From positions 1 to 64,000 of the forward strand of contig NW_021833911.1 of assembly GCF_006345805.1 (NCBI RefSeq): a stretch of DNA of 64,000 bases, given 5' to 3'. Position 1 is the first letter of the stretch; each line of letters opens with the position of its first letter. Shown in pieces: positions 47,701 to 62,162 of the stretch. The stretch is from Octopus sinensis (lineage: Eukaryota). The notes beneath the pieces are model-generated. The model was not told where the DNA came from. It saw only the letters and a list, made by a program, of their open reading frames with translations, and searched no databases. The position numbers and the translations under genes were made by a program.

Positions 47701-48556
47701 GATGATATGTATTATATATGTAATAAATAAATTATATGTTATTCATGTTATTTTGGTTTACTGAGCATTTGATTCCCCGGTCAGTGAAAAAAATTATCTT
47801 GCGTGAGACAGATCCTTGATACCAAAAAAAAAAAATGTTTGAAGGCTTCGGATCGAAAGTAGTTTATGGTGTGATAGATATAGTTTATAATATAGTAGAA
47901 ATGGTCTGTGGTTTAATACAAATGGTTCGTGGGGTGATAATAATGGTTTGTGGTGGGGAATAGTAGAATGGTCTGTGGTGGATAAAGGTAGCCTGTGATG
48001 CAGTGGCAGTGATCTATGCAAAGGTAGCAGGGTCTATGATAAAAGTAGCCTGTAGTAAGGTAGCAATGGTAGAAGATGATATATATGTGGCCTGCGGTTG
48101 GTGTTGTATGTTATTATGTAGTATAGCAATATATTATATAGAGGAGTTTCATAAATGAAGAAAATGTTAATCTATATACCACACCAGAAATTCTCACATT
48201 ATTCTAAAATTGGCATGTGTCGGATAATTTCTTTTATTTTTGTTTATTTAGTAGCTTAGTCCTTCCGTCTGGCACAATGTGGAGATAGGTAGGGAAAATT
48301 GTTGCTGCTGCTGCTGCTGCTGCGTCTGAAATGGTAATAAAATCTACAATATTCTGACATCTTCATGTGTCTTCTTAAACCTGTTTCTACCCCACCCCCC
48401 CAAATATGTTAACTTAAACCGATCACACGTACCCCCTGCCCTTAAAAGCAGCTGCTTCAATTTTGGTATTTTCTTTACTTTATTTTAGGCGTCTCACCCA
48501 CACCCAGCATCACCACGCACCCATACATACGAACGGGCGCACACAAACACACACGC

Positions 48557-48589
<33 letters not shown>

Positions 48590-48772
48590 ATATACATGTA
48601 GGTACTCATACACACGCATACATACTATACAATATATACATACGCATAGCATTCACAATTATTTTCTTTTCATGCTTTCTAAACACACTCACTTTTTCCA
48701 CTATTTTCCATTTTATCACTCCTCTAACACCCCTCTTTTTTATCTTACACACATACACACACAGCATAATTG

Positions 48773-48805
<33 letters not shown>

Positions 48806-49104
48806 TATATATACACACACAGACACACACATATGTATATGTATGTACATACCTATCCATAAATGTATGTGTTTGTTGGTATGTTTGGCTGTGTATGCGA
48901 TTATTTGTTAGTTTGTCATAAATATATTGTTTCTTGCTCACTTTCTTTCGACGAAAAATTTATAACTTGCCCTTCTGTAACTATTTTAGTTGGGCGTTTT
49001 TGTAACCTATTATGCAGACACACATATCAGTGTGTGTGTGTGCGCGCGTGTGTTTGTGCGCGCGTGTGTGAGTGTGTATGTATACATACATGCACTCATA
49101 TACA

Positions 49105-49149
<45 letters not shown>

Positions 49150-49816
49150 AGAGGGAGAGAGAGAGACGGCCAGATAGACAGATAGACATTGACAACATAG
49201 ATATACAGATATAGAGATTTATATTTATATATGTATATATGTATACAAATATGCAAATCTACGTATTTATATATAGACCATTAAGCATACCACGCATACA
49301 TATACGCATATGTGTATAGACACATACACACACACACACCCGTATATGCATATACGTATATATTTATACATATATAAAGGCATGCATACATACTTGTAAT
49401 CCACGATGAATATTTACTTATCCCACGCACTGGTGCTATAAACTGTTTGACCTTTCCAGATCAGAATTAATCAACAACAGGATCCGCTGTTAGTTGATAC
49501 CACTGATTTCTGGAGAGGATAGGATGGGTGACTGGAAGTGGTGATGTTCATACATGTACCAAGCCAAATACTGTAATAAGGGAGATAACTGTGATGAAGT
49601 AATCTGAAGTAGATCGAGGGATGATACTTATGTCTTGTAGTCAATTATTGTTCTGGAATATTCTTGGGGATATGAATTTGGGATGGTGTTTCAGTTGTCA
49701 CGCCGGGTCGAACTGTGCTTCTAGAAATTCTCAATTTAAACCCTGCCGAGGTTAGACTTATTTCTCATTCTATCGAGGGTGATTATTTTAATCATCGTCG
49801 TCGTCGCCGGCGCCAG

Positions 49817-49868
<52 letters not shown>

Positions 49869-50689
49869 GCCATCATCATCGTCATCATCCTCGCCATCAT
49901 CATCGCCTGATCGGACGACTTACCCAGACCAATGCAACTCTTTCACACCAGATGTCTCGACCGAAAGATGTGACATAAAATGTCCGGCCTAGGTTTTAGT
50001 CACATTGGTCCCTTGCTAGCTGAGCTATCCGTGCATCCCACACCGACCGTTGTATTTTACAATAAAAAATATACTTGGTATTAACTACTCTACCCTCATT
50101 GTGTCCCACTCACAGACATATTTCCTCACCTTTCGCGAGATATCGACATTTTTAATTTACAGCTTTCCGAGGTTTATGAAGTACAAAAAGTATACCGTAG
50201 TACACATAATCAATTCTACAATTCACACCAAAATTTCGGGTCTCTTACCGATGTAAATAATTGCTGTTATTAAAAATTTTAAATACTATTAAATAAGACA
50301 ATAAATGTTTTTCATATTCCGAAGAAAACTTTTCTTGTTTATACTTCTTTGATATCAATGAAGTATTCGTTGCAAGTGTAGCTCATCTTAACGTTGTTAT
50401 TGTTGAAGACCTTAGGATGTTATTATATACGACGTCTAAGAAGATACTGTACATGATCGAACGAAGATTAGTGCTATAAGGAGGATTGAATCATATAAAT
50501 GATGGTTGGACAGAATATTTGAAGTTAATCGTTACTTCAATTTACATTCTGATTTCCTTTCCGATGTCGAATCTGCTGTTACACCTTCCAATATCAATAA
50601 AATATGTATCATACTAATTACTGGAATCGATATAACCTGACAAATACTTCAAGTTTTGTGGGACGTATAAAACGGCTTAAACGAGTTTT

Positions 50690-50935
50690 TGTATGTTTCT
50701 TATTTCCTTATTGCCCACAAGGGGATAAACATAGAGGAGACAAACAAGAACAGACAAACGGATTAAGTCGATTAGATCGACCCAGTGCATAACTGGTACT
50801 TAATTTATCGACCCCGAAAGGATGAAAGGCGAAGTCGACCTCGGTGGAATTTGAACTCAGAACGTAACGGCAGACGAAATACTGCTAAACATTTCGCCCG
50901 GCGTACTAACGTTTCTGCCAGCTCGCCGCCTTAAC
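50690..50935 (-). mobile_element. SINE family B, full length
   Basis: Minus strand: 'ggcggcgagctggcagaaacgttagtacgccgggcg...gttctgagttcaaattccaccgaggtcgacttcgcctttcatcctttcggggtcgataaattaagtaccag'. Confidence 0.9.
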
Positions 50936-52231
50936 AGTGTTTCTATGTTTCTGTCTTAATATGTAAGTCGTTATGTATCAATACAGTTGCTCAATTTTTT
51001 CTCTCTCCTATCACTTTTCCTGAATATAGCTTACAGCATAAGTACCACCATCATCAGCGCTACTCATATCATCACTGCTTAAAAAGCCAAAGAGCGAATG
51101 TTAAGCAGTCACTATATCTGCAAAGAATATCATCTGAATTGCCATCAATTCGCATCCTGGGACCTGGATAATAAAATGTCTGGTAGATTGTGGTTATGAC
51201 ATAAATGGCATAGGTGGTCCCAATTTGAATATTTTCGATAAGAAGTCTATTCAATCAGAGCCCGACTATGTTACATCAGCAACAACAACAACAACAGCAG
51301 CAACAACAATATTAAGAACAACCATCACCAGCAGCCATCCAAGAATTTGGACCTGGAGATCTCCATTTCCAGCGACTTCGAGGGTCACCTCCCAGTGGTG
51401 TCGGGCGTCAACGAAGAGCCCTCGACTACAACAAGACGACCAAAGTTGTTTTTTTTTTCTTTCCAAGGTCTGGGGTCTCCCGTCCCTAAGCCCTAGACCA
51501 TCACCTAATCACCCTTACCCGTCTTGTTGTTTAACAACAACAACAACAACAACAACAACGAAAACCATCACCAGCAGGTGACGCAGGTTTAAACAAGCGT
51601 AGAAGACGAAGAAAAGAAACACGAGGAGGAGAAGGTGAAAAAGGAGGACGTTGAAAGGAGAGGTGGAATATAAGTAGAAACTGATCCTGACAGTAACGGC
51701 GAGGAATTAATAGAGACAGGAGGAGTGCTACGAGTCGATATTTGAGATATGTTTATAGGAAGAAATTCCTTAAACATTAGATTCGTAACAACAACTATAA
51801 CAACAACAAGAAATGTTAAGTAGTAACTAATGAAGAAGGAGAGGAGGAGGAGGAAGAGAAAGAGGAGTTTGTTACATATAAAAAAAATGCAACAAAGTTT
51901 ATCAGGCGATAAGAACGAACAGGTAAAGAGGTGATCATCACTGCCATCATCACGGAACATCGTAATCATATTAATCAAAATCAACGCTGTCGTCGTCGTC
52001 GTCGTCACCATCATCCTCATCACCATAAGCATCACAATCATCATCAACATCATCATCATCATCATCATCATCATCATTATCAAAAAGGTAATCGCATTTA
52101 ACGCAGTCTAATTATACGTCTTATTCTCTGATGGCTAAGTTAGGGTAAGAGGGGTATACTTCCGGTGATGAGCTTTAGCGAAGGAAACATAAGAGGCGAT
52201 TTTCTTTACATGTGTGTGCGAGAGCTATATA

Positions 52232-52274
<43 letters not shown>

Positions 52275-52599
52275 ATGTGTGTATATATATATGTGTATAT
52301 ACATATATGTATGTATGTATGTATACATACATACACACACACAAACATACACACATGCAATCACACACACACAATCATTAATAACAACAGCAATAATCGT
52401 ACTAATAATTACCACCGGTATTTTACTTTTATCCCTAAAATAAATATACTTTTACATTTCAATGTTTACATCATTAAATATGATACTACCTCTTAGCACT
52501 CTACCTTATATAAAACAACATGGCAGAACTTTTCTGTTGGGCTTTTTTTTTAATAATTACATTCATGTAACGTGTTTGTGTGTTTTGCCATATTGATAA

Positions 52600-53470
52600 C
52601 GACGACGATAATAATCCTTTTCTTTATTAGACACAAGGTCTGAAATTCTCAGGGAGAGGATAGTCAGTTACATCGACCCCAGTGTTTCACTGGTACTTAA
52701 TTTATCGACCCCGAAAGGATGACGAGCAAAGTCCACCTCGATAGAGCTTGAACTAAGAACGTAGCGAGTGGCGAAATACTGCTAAGCATTTCGTCCAGCA
52801 TGCTAAAAATTCTTATTTCTTTATTGCCCACAAGAGGCTAAAAATAGAGTGGACAAACAAGGACAAAGGGTTTAAGTCGATTACATCGGCCCCAGTACGT
52901 AACTTTATCAACCCCGAAAGGATGTAAGGCAAAGTCGACCTCGGCGGAATTTGAGCTCAGAATGTAACGGCAGACGAAATACCTATTTCTTTACTACCCA
53001 CTACTAAGCAGAGAGGGGACAAACAAGGACAGACAAACGAATTAAGTCGATTATATGGACCCCAGTTCGTAACTGGTACTTAATTTATCGACCCCGAAAG
53101 GATGAAAGGCAAAGTCGACCTCGGCGGAATTTGAACTCAGAACGTAGCGACTGGCGACATACTGCTAAGCATTTTGCCCGGCGTGTTAACGTTTCTGCCA
53201 GCTCGCCGCCTTGACGTCGACGACGACGATAGTAATATTAAGTAATAATCTTTCTACGATAGGCACAAAGCCTGAAATATTGTGAGAGGGATCTAGTCGA
53301 TTACTCGTCCTTAGTTCATCGATCATCGATCATCGATGAAAAGGTAAAGTCGACCTCACAGAAATTAGCACTCAGAATGGACGAAAAGAAGGCCGTAAGA
53401 AGGACGAAATACTTCTTGGTATTTTGTTCGGCGTGCTGACGAATATGACATCTAACTGCCTTAGACGATG
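52600..53470 (-). mobile_element. cluster of four head-to-tail SINE family B units
   Basis: The 'tatcgaccccgaaaggatg..aagtcgacctcg' core recurs at ~52700, ~52910, ~53090 and ~53340, all in the same orientation. Confidence 0.88.
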
Positions 53471-53502
53471 ACGATAATAATGATAAAGGTTACGACGATT
53501 AC

Positions 53503-53534
<32 letters not shown>

Positions 53535-53850
53535 CGATGATGATGATGATGACGATGATGATGATGATGATGACGACGACGACGATGATGATGATGATGA
53601 TGATGATGATGACGATGATGATGATGATAATGACGATGATGATGATGATGATGATGATGGAGACGACGACGATGGAGGTGGTAGCGGCGGTGGTGATGGT
53701 TACGATGATGTGGAAGATGACGGTGACAAAAGCGACACCGACGATGATGATTATGGTGGTGGGTGTTCCTAGTGATAGTGGGGATGAGGGCGACAGCGAC
53801 GACCACGACGACGACCACGACGATAACGATGATGATGACGGTGATGATGA
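53470..53850. repeat. (GAT)n/(GAC)n microsatellite
   Basis: Direct reading. Confidence 0.95.
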
Positions 53851-55044
53851 TTACACTCCACTTCATACTCCACTTGATCTTATCCCATAACCTCAATACA
53901 TTGTTGTTGTAGGTTTTTCCTTTTATTTTTTTTTCATATTTTGGCTTTTTATGTCTACAAAAAGTATTTCACATCCCCCCTCATCCCCATCGCCGCACCT
54001 CTCTTCTTTATATCCCATTTAACATTATTATTCCTGTTGCTATTGCTGTTTTTGTTCCTGTTGTTCCTAATTTAGTGTCGTTTCTGCTATTCCTTCCTCC
54101 CACCGCCTCAAACATCCTACGAGCCCTCCACTTTTCCCTATTAATTTTCTACTTATTCCCTACTCCTTCTCTTTCCCCCTCTTCCTCCTGTGCCCTATCT
54201 CTCTTCCCCCACTCCTTCTCTTCCTCCTACTCTTCTTCTTCGTCTCTGAACTTCCATGTTTTGATCAATGGAAAACAACTTTAATTTCGTGGGAACGTAA
54301 AATGTCTTAGATGGACAAACGGGTCCATATTGAAATGGAACAGAGGACTGTAGTGACGGCGGTAGCGATGGTGGTGGAGGTTGTAGACGGGGTAGGAGTT
54401 GCTGAGGAGGAGGAGGAGGAGGTGGTGGTGGTGAGTTGGCGGTATTCGTATAGCAATAGTAGTATTTGTGTGGGTTGTAGTAACAGTAGGGCTAACAGCG
54501 GTGGTAGTGAAGGTGGCATTGTTGATAAAGGTGGAAATAAGGGATAGGAGAAACATAGGTAGTGGCTGGTGGTGGTGGTGGTGGTGATGCAGTGGTGGCG
54601 GCGGTGGGGGTGGTGATAATGATGATGATAGTGTTGATGTTTTGGAACTCATATATCTATAGATAAACAGGAAACCTTATAGATATATAAACGCTGACAT
54701 ACATACGAATACTCCTAGACTCGTATACATGCACACACACGTACACACATACATACAGCACCTTTAGTTATTTCAAATGGGCTGGTGGCCCCTTGCCTAG
54801 AACAGGTTCGTTATATTCCAAGTTATAATTTCTTACATAGACAAAAGGTGACGGAGAGGAATCATTGAGGACAAATTTAAACTCTCAATACCTACGTAAC
54901 TGCGACATAATTTTATCAAGTTTGAATGATTAAAAAAACAATATCGATCTCGGCGAGGTTTCAATACATTCAATAAATTCATGCATTTGCAATTGCAATG
55001 CTACATCTCTGATGATGAACATCATCATCGTAATAATAATAATG

Positions 55045-55110
<66 letters not shown>

Positions 55111-55112
<2 letters not shown>

Positions 55113-55667
55113 GCCCTGATGCAGTACTAGGCAGTGGCTCTCATGGCTTCTGATCTTAACTGATTGGAAGTGTTATCATGTACATTGTTTTGTCTTGGTA
55201 TAAACGATGGGCTACAGCAAATATTCTGCTCAATACCACAGATTTGCTTGTCAGTTGTTTGACCTTAACCAGTTGAGCCTGTCCCTTAGTGGCTGACGAT
55301 ATGTGCATCTCTGATCACGAGCAGAAGCAGTGGTGGAGCATCATTCCCATGTGTTGAAAGGGATTCTTTGGGGTTTGAATAATTCACCTCTGGAAACATG
55401 GGTGTTTCTTTCAACATCCTCAGACAATTCTTATTCAAGGACTGCTTGAGCGGGATGGGCTACTCGACCAGAAGAAAATTCTAACTGGGCCCCACCTGCA
55501 AGGTAATGTACTGTTTATCTTGATATGAGATCACCATGTCACGCACATATAGTTGTGATGCATGTGTCTGGTGTACCCTTATCAGACTGGTAGTCATGAT
55601 GGGTATACTGGGCTTCGTATATTTTACCCCAGTGACACCTTGATGGCATTCGCTGCTCTCTCACTCA
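55111..55667 (+). mobile_element. family D element, copy 3
   Basis: Starts after (AAT)n with 'atgccctgatgcagtac', ends 'gctgctctctcactc' + (AAT)n. Confidence 0.88.
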
Positions 55668-55689
55668 ATAATAATAACAACAATAATAC

Positions 55690-56072
55690 CAATAATGGTT
55701 TCAATTTTGTCACAAGGGCAGCAACTTTGGGGGAGGGGATGAGTCAATTACATCGACCCCCAGTTTTCAACTGATATTTATCTTATTGACCCCGAAAACA
55801 TGAAAGGCAAAGTCAACCTCGGCGGAATTTGAACTCAGGACGTAAAGACAGGCGAACTAATTATTTAAAACTTTTGCCACGAGGGTAACTTGGAGGAGGT
55901 AGGGATGAGTCGATTACATCAACCCGAGTGTTTAACTAGTATTTATTTGTCGACCCCGAAAGGATAAAAAGCAAAATCGACCTCGGCAGTATTTGAACTC
56001 AGAACGTAGTGACGGGCGAAATAACACGTAGCGTTCCGTCCAGCATGCTAACGAATCTGCTAGTTCACCGCC

Positions 56073-56123
<51 letters not shown>

Positions 56124-56215
56124 TTCACATTTTTGTCACAAGAACAGAAATTTCGGGGGATGGGGATGGTAAATCATTAAATTGACCCCAGTACTCAACT
56201 GGTACAACTTTCATA
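55690..56215 (-). mobile_element. three adjacent SINE family B copies or fragments
   Basis: Core 'gaccccgaaa..aaagtc(a/g)acctcggcggaatttgaactcag' at ~55790 and ~55960; tail fragment at ~56125-56215. Confidence 0.8.
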
Positions 56216-56997
56216 AGTCACAGAATTAACTCGTACAGGTTTTAGCGAATAGAAGAGTCTCCCCACTTGCTGCTCCAAAGTGCACCAAAAATATTCGATT
56301 ATTTTGAGATGCGACAGAGCTGGGTACAATTCAAGGGGTCAACATTACGTTAAGATGGCCTGCGTTTGCTCCGTCAATTTTGCTCCGCTTTAGAAAATGT
56401 AAACCACTTTTCTCTTTTCCACTATGTAATTGTAAAAATCCTTATATTTGCCTCCTCAACTGTATGTGTCTTGCTAAAGAATTAGAATTCCAAGATCAGC
56501 TCTCTTTCTCTTCCTACCAGATGACAATGAAAGGAAGGGATACATAAATTGCAGGGATAATTTTTCATAGCATGTATGTTCGTATGTATGTATATATGTG
56601 TTACGAGATCCGTTTTATATATATATATATATATACATACATACAGACAGACAGACAGATAGAGAGATAGAATGACAAAAAGGGAGACAGAAACAACGCG
56701 TAGATATGTGAAGATACATAGAGGCAGAGAACGGAAGCAAATGTAGAGAGAGAAACAGAGCAAGTGCAGCTGTTATTGAATGACAAACCAATTGACACAC
56801 ACACAGTAACAATATTAATCGTTTAGGCAAGCAATTAGTTACATATGGCAGTCATTCACGGTAGTGTAACACAGTCAAGGGGAGGAATGGGTGATACCGG
56901 GTGGTTGCAGCAGCAGCAGTAGCCACAGTAGCAGCAACAGCAGAGGGAGCAGTAGCAGTAGCAGCAGTGGTGGTAGTGGTGGTGGTGGTATTAGTAT

Positions 56998-57029
<32 letters not shown>

Positions 57030-57030
57030 A

Positions 57031-57781
57031 TATCAGGTCGTCCCATAAGTTCTGTCCCGATTTACCTTTTTAAAAATTGAATGAAATTTAATAGTATTTT
57101 AGAATGTCTAATGAAATTAAAAATTATTTTTATGCATTTGTGTACATTTAAACTAATTAAATATTATTTTACAGAATAATAGAACTAAAATTTCTTTAAA
57201 ACCCTTTCTAACATGGAAGTATCCAAAAAGCATTTAAGGCACTTAATGCTTTATGAGTACAAGAAAGGAAACTCTGCAGCCGAAGCGACTCGAAACAGTA
57301 CATTCAGTTTATGGGAAAGAATGCTTGAATGAAAGAACTTGCAGAAGATGGTTTTCAAAATTCAGAAGGGGGGATTCAGCCTTTAAGATGAAGATCGAAC
57401 AGGACGTCCAGTTGAGTTTGATTATAAGCTCCTTGAGGCATTACTTGAAGAAAATCCTGCCTTATCAGTTGAAGAATTGCCAAAAATGCTTAGTTCAAAC
57501 CATAAAACTGTTCATCGTCATCTTCAACAACTTGGAAAGGTTCCTAAACTTGGAAAATGGGTGCCTCATGAATTGTCGGAAAGCAACCGCAAATCTCGAG
57601 TTGACATCTGCTCTTCTCTCCATTCTCGCGAACTCATTTCACCCTTTTTGGATAGACTTGTGACTGGTGACGAAAAATGGATCTTCTATCGAAATCTTAA
57701 ACGTCGTAAATAGTGGCTTGGTAAAAGGGGAAAAGCGCAACCACAACTGAGAAGGGAACTTCATGGAAGAAAGGTTCTTCC
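57031..57781 (+). mobile_element. 3'-truncated mariner (Tc1/mariner) transposon with a frameshifted transposase
   Basis: Left TIR tatcaggtcgtcccataagttctgtcc; ATG at 57213, MEVSKKHLRHLMLYEYKKGNSAAEATR; CRRWFSKFRRGD; LGKWVPHELSE; RLVTGDEKWIFY; stop and truncation follow. Confidence 0.92.
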
Positions 57782-58884
57782 CTCTATCAAGGATTTATCT
57801 GAGTAGTAAAAACTCCTAGAGAAAGGCTAACACAGCGAGCACCAACAATTTAACCTCTTTGAAAATCCGATAGATCTGTCATTTTAATGAATTCTAAATA
57901 CCTTTTTCTGATTTTATCTTAAAAGAAACAGTAATTTTAGCAAAACATATTAAGCAACACTAATACTAAGTAAAAAAGAAAACAATAAACAAGCTTTTGA
58001 CGGTTTTATAGCTATTTCAAATTTATGAATCTATGATGCTAGGTTTTTCCATTATTTTATCCAACCCTTGTATATATATGTAGGTAGGAGGGTAGGTAGG
58101 TAAGTCTCTTGGTGAGTAGGTAGGTAGGTAGGTATATACACCTACATAGATATTTTTCATGAGTCTTTTTCTATACCAAGTATACGATAACGTTTGTCAT
58201 ACAATGATATGTTTAACTTTTGTTTTTAGTTTCCATATTTCCTTTTTCTTATATATATAATCACAAATTTGCTGCCCATAAACTATGCTAACCCTTTCCA
58301 CTTTAAGTTTTTGCAGCTGTTGTTGCTGTGTTGTTGTTGTTGTTGATGTCGTCCTCCTTGTCATCGTCGTCGTCATCTTTGTCGTCGTCTTCGTCATCGT
58401 CATCGTGGACGTCCTTATCCTTGTTTAACCCTTGGCTATCCCTGATTAAGTAGGTTTATGCTAATAGTCGTGTAAGCCATAGCTATCTTGTTTACTTGTT
58501 TTCGTGTTTTAAGATATAAATTATCCCAAGCAAAATTATGCAATGTGCGCCTGGTTTGAACCTCTGGGACGCTATCAGAAAATTGTGGCTGCAATCTTTG
58601 AGGACTAGGGATCACATACAGGCTTCTTCATTGGTTTTTATGGACGCCCTATTTCTTTTGATGCGCCTTACTGACATTGATTGAATGATTTGATATTAGT
58701 TAAAGATTTTGCTGCTATTTCTTGCGATATGATCCACCAACGAGATTTTCTCTTAATGGTGTAAAATGTCAGAGAAATATCATTTTGTCTTTCCATGAAC
58801 TTTTTGAGTTATCTATAATCCAGTAGAGCTGTTAATGCCTAGTTTTTAGTCTTCTATTCTTGTATTGATGAATTCTATTGCTTG

Positions 58885-59010
58885 TTTCATTCATTAGATT
58901 GCGGCCATACTGGGGCATGGCATTGAAGCGGTTTAGTCGAATAAATCCCTCACACTGGTTAATTTTTAAGCCTGCAGTATTCTATTGGCTCTATTTGCCG
59001 AACTGTTAAG
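58885..59010 (-). mobile_element. SINE family A tail, old
   Basis: 'tgcttgtttcattcattagattgcggccatactggggca...gccgaactgttaag'. Confidence 0.65.
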
Positions 59011-59055
59011 TATCATCATTTTTAGTCAAGGCAATAGGTTACAATTTATGAAATA

Positions 59056-59284
59056 TACGAGGGGTGCTGAAAAGTTCCTGGATTTAAGGGTGACGCGAAA
59101 GACCTGACTGGAGGCCCAACCGTTCGAGTTCTTTTACAGGGCTTAGAAAAACTGAAGTTCCGCTGCGATAAGCGTGTGATTCGGAGAGGAGTATATGTTG
59201 AATAAAATCATAATTAGCAGATCCGCCTGTATTTTCTTTGTTTTTTTCCCCACAAAGCCAAGAACTTTTCATCATCCCGTCATA
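59056..59284 (+). mobile_element. mariner-type MITE (second family)
   Basis: TIRs tacgaggggtgctgaaaagttcctgg / ccaagaacttttcatcatcccgtcata; the interior encodes an FLQGLEKL..RC.KRV...G.YVE transposase C-terminus. Confidence 0.75.
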
Positions 59285-60035
59285 TTGGCGATAGAAAAAG
59301 TGTCGTCGAACGTCTCTCAAATTGCACCTTTATGATTAACTATTAAAATACAAATTGATTAATGTAGTTCTAGCTTCACAGGATACAATAATAAAAGTGG
59401 GTTGTGTGAAAGGCAGAATGATTACGACTGAACGACATTTTATCTAATGTCTGCTGGATCAGGATTAAATTAGAACCACGGGGAAATCGCTATGCGGTAT
59501 CTCGCCCTACTAGAAATACCAAGTTTTTTTTTTCAAATTGCACTCTTTTGAAAATAAAGGAATGCATTTTATAATATAGCCCTGTGTACAGTATGTCTGA
59601 GCAAGAATAAGAATGGAATAGCCATATTTGGAACGCTTTGATGTAAGCTCTTCTAGATCAAGACTGATTTATGATTCAACAACTACAAACAAATGAAAGA
59701 TACTCTATGCACTCATTGGAGCTACAAGAAATGGCACCCAATTTTTTCTGACATCAGACATATACTCTCTGAGGAAATAAATGGATTTGTTAGATAACGC
59801 TGTTAGTCCTAGATTCCCATAAGAATTTGAGATAGCTCCCGGTTGAAACATTATTGATATATCTAGAATAACAAGAACCACGGTATAACTCGCTTGTACG
59901 ATCATTTGAGTTCAGCGTAATAGTTTAACAATTCAAAATCAGCCGAACTTAATATGATACTGGATCAAGGATCGTATTTAAGTCACTGCATCGAAACCCA
60001 GAGCTATACAATAAACTGCATAAGGGGTCATGACA

Positions 60036-60086
<51 letters not shown>

Positions 60087-60622
60087 AGTAGTAACTGTTG
60101 TTGTTCTTGTTGCTTATAGGAACAAGTGTTTCTCTTTACACCATCTTCACATACATTATTTTTCGAACCACCACAAACAGTTCTCCGTGCAAAATATTTA
60201 AGGACGGTGGATGGAGACGTTGTGTGTGTAGGGTTAGGAGTTTTATCTCACTTTGGAAACACCCCATGTTGAGTATTGTAATCACACAAAAAAATTAGAT
60301 ATGGTGTCTATAATAAAGGGTTTCTAGCAGTTGTTGATGTAGTTATTATTATTGTGTTGCAGACCATCGTACAACTATGTGAACCCACTTCACCAACTGA
60401 CATTGTTTTAATTAGGGTCCTTAAAATTCTATCTACTTTAGCGCTAGATATAATAATATACAGGATATCCCAATCTGAATTGATATTAACCGCACACAAG
60501 TGGTTCAGCGTAAATATGGACCTCTAAAAACAAATTCATTGTAAGGAATTCTTCCTTCTCTCTCCTTATCTTTCGTTAAACATACATACATAGTATAAAT
60601 ATATACATACATATATATATAT

Positions 60623-60658
<36 letters not shown>

Positions 60659-60912
60659 GCATGTATATATGTATGTATGTATGTATATGTATGTATGTAT
60701 GTATGCATGTATGTATTATGTATGTATGTATATTCGTTTGTGTGGATGGGTGGATGTATTTCTGTTTCTTTTCTCTGAAATATAACAATGTCTTTAACGC
60801 TTAACATTCTTTTGTCTCCAATTCTTAGAACCGATCTAATTAATATTTTTGATTAATATTTCACGTGTGTGTGTATATATGTGTTGGGGTGCGTGCATAT
60901 GTATATATATAT

Positions 60913-60950
<38 letters not shown>

Positions 60951-61607
60951 CTACACACGCATATGTGTGTGTATGTATACACACACACACACATTCCAGC
61001 AGAAGGGAGTGGAAAGTGGTATGTGTTCAGAAATGGCAATTGATTAAGTTGAGGGGAAAAGACCGTCGATCTCTATCTTTCTTCAATGAATATCTTGAAA
61101 AGCAGGCTTGAAGGAATATACCCTCATTCTATGTTTATTTTCGATTTAGTTTTCGATATTTTTGTAAATATTATTCTTATTTCAGGTCAACACGCACAAA
61201 CATGTACACACGTATACAAATACATAAATATGTGAGTATATGTGTGTGTATATCGGTGTGTGTGTGTACGTCTGTATACACATACCTGTGCGTTTTATGG
61301 ATATCTATAATCCATATTTACTAGACCACTTTAGATATATTTCGGAGTTGTGCTTGCATCGCAAGTGATCTGATGGAAGGCCTTGTGTTTTTATAATTAA
61401 AAGAAAGAAAATCATGAACGGTGTGAACGTTCACGAAAAAAGGATTCTCTGCAGAGGCGTCGAGTCAGATGTAATTACTATTTATTCACTGTTACTGCAA
61501 AACATCGCTAGGGTTGTTGACTGAATACACTGTGTGTGTGTATGTTGTGTGTGTGTGTGTATCTGTATGTACGTGTATGTGTGTGTATGTGCGCGCGTGC
61601 ATGTATA

Positions 61608-62162
61608 TTGTCCGGAAAGTTCGTGCCGATTTTTAAAGGAAAGAAAAAGGTCAATAAATACCTGCCAATATATTTTTAATCAACCAAATATGAATCTCAA
61701 TCTTATATGCGTCTCCATCTTTCCTTTAACTTGAAGATACCCTCTTCCCAGAATTGAGGTGGTTTCATGGCAAAGAATTCATCAAGGTATCTTTTTACGT
61801 CATCCAAGGAATTGAAATTTTTACCATTAAGACTATTCTGCAGAGACCTGAATAAGTGGAAATCCGAAGGAGCAATATCTGGTGAAAATGGTGTGTGGGG
61901 TAGCACATCCCAGCTGCAGCAATTTTTGTCTGGTTCCCAAAGCATCAAGTGCCAAAAATGAACTTTCTTATCTTCCATTTTAAAGGGTTACAGAATTAAC
62001 ACAGGTTATAGGAACATAAACCTTCTTTCACGAAAAGATAGCTTAAACTGTGCTCTAAATGGAGGTGTAGTAAAATCCTATTTTATGGACTCAACCATGT
62101 TCTAAAATAAGTCGAAAGGTAAGCTGCTATAAATCGGCACGAACTTTCTGGACATCCTAATA
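61608..62162 (-). mobile_element. internally deleted mariner
   Basis: TIRs ttgtccggaaagttcgtgccgattt / aaatcggcacgaactttctggacatcctaata; N-terminus MEDKKVHFWHLMLWE fused to WDVLPHTPFSPDIAPSDFHLFRSLQNSL...FWEEGIFKLKERW. Confidence 0.93.

Noticed and set aside
48240-48345. Minus-strand acceptor followed by a poly-Q or poly-A frame
   Set aside because: No donor, (CAG)n microsatellite core and no recognisable protein
51400-51445. RQRRALDYN, resembling a TGF-beta furin site, and minus-strand RHHWEVTL, resembling SPRY
   Set aside because: Short chance motifs; frames are closed by nearby stops with no downstream cystine-knot or SPRY residues
53372-53896. Poly-His / poly-Met / poly-Asp ORFs
   Set aside because: (GAT)n/(GAC)n microsatellite translations
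55111-55125. 'ccctgatgcag' at the 5' end of family D as a hammerhead core
   Set aside because: CUGAUGC rather than CUGANGA, and no GAAA/stem arrangement follows
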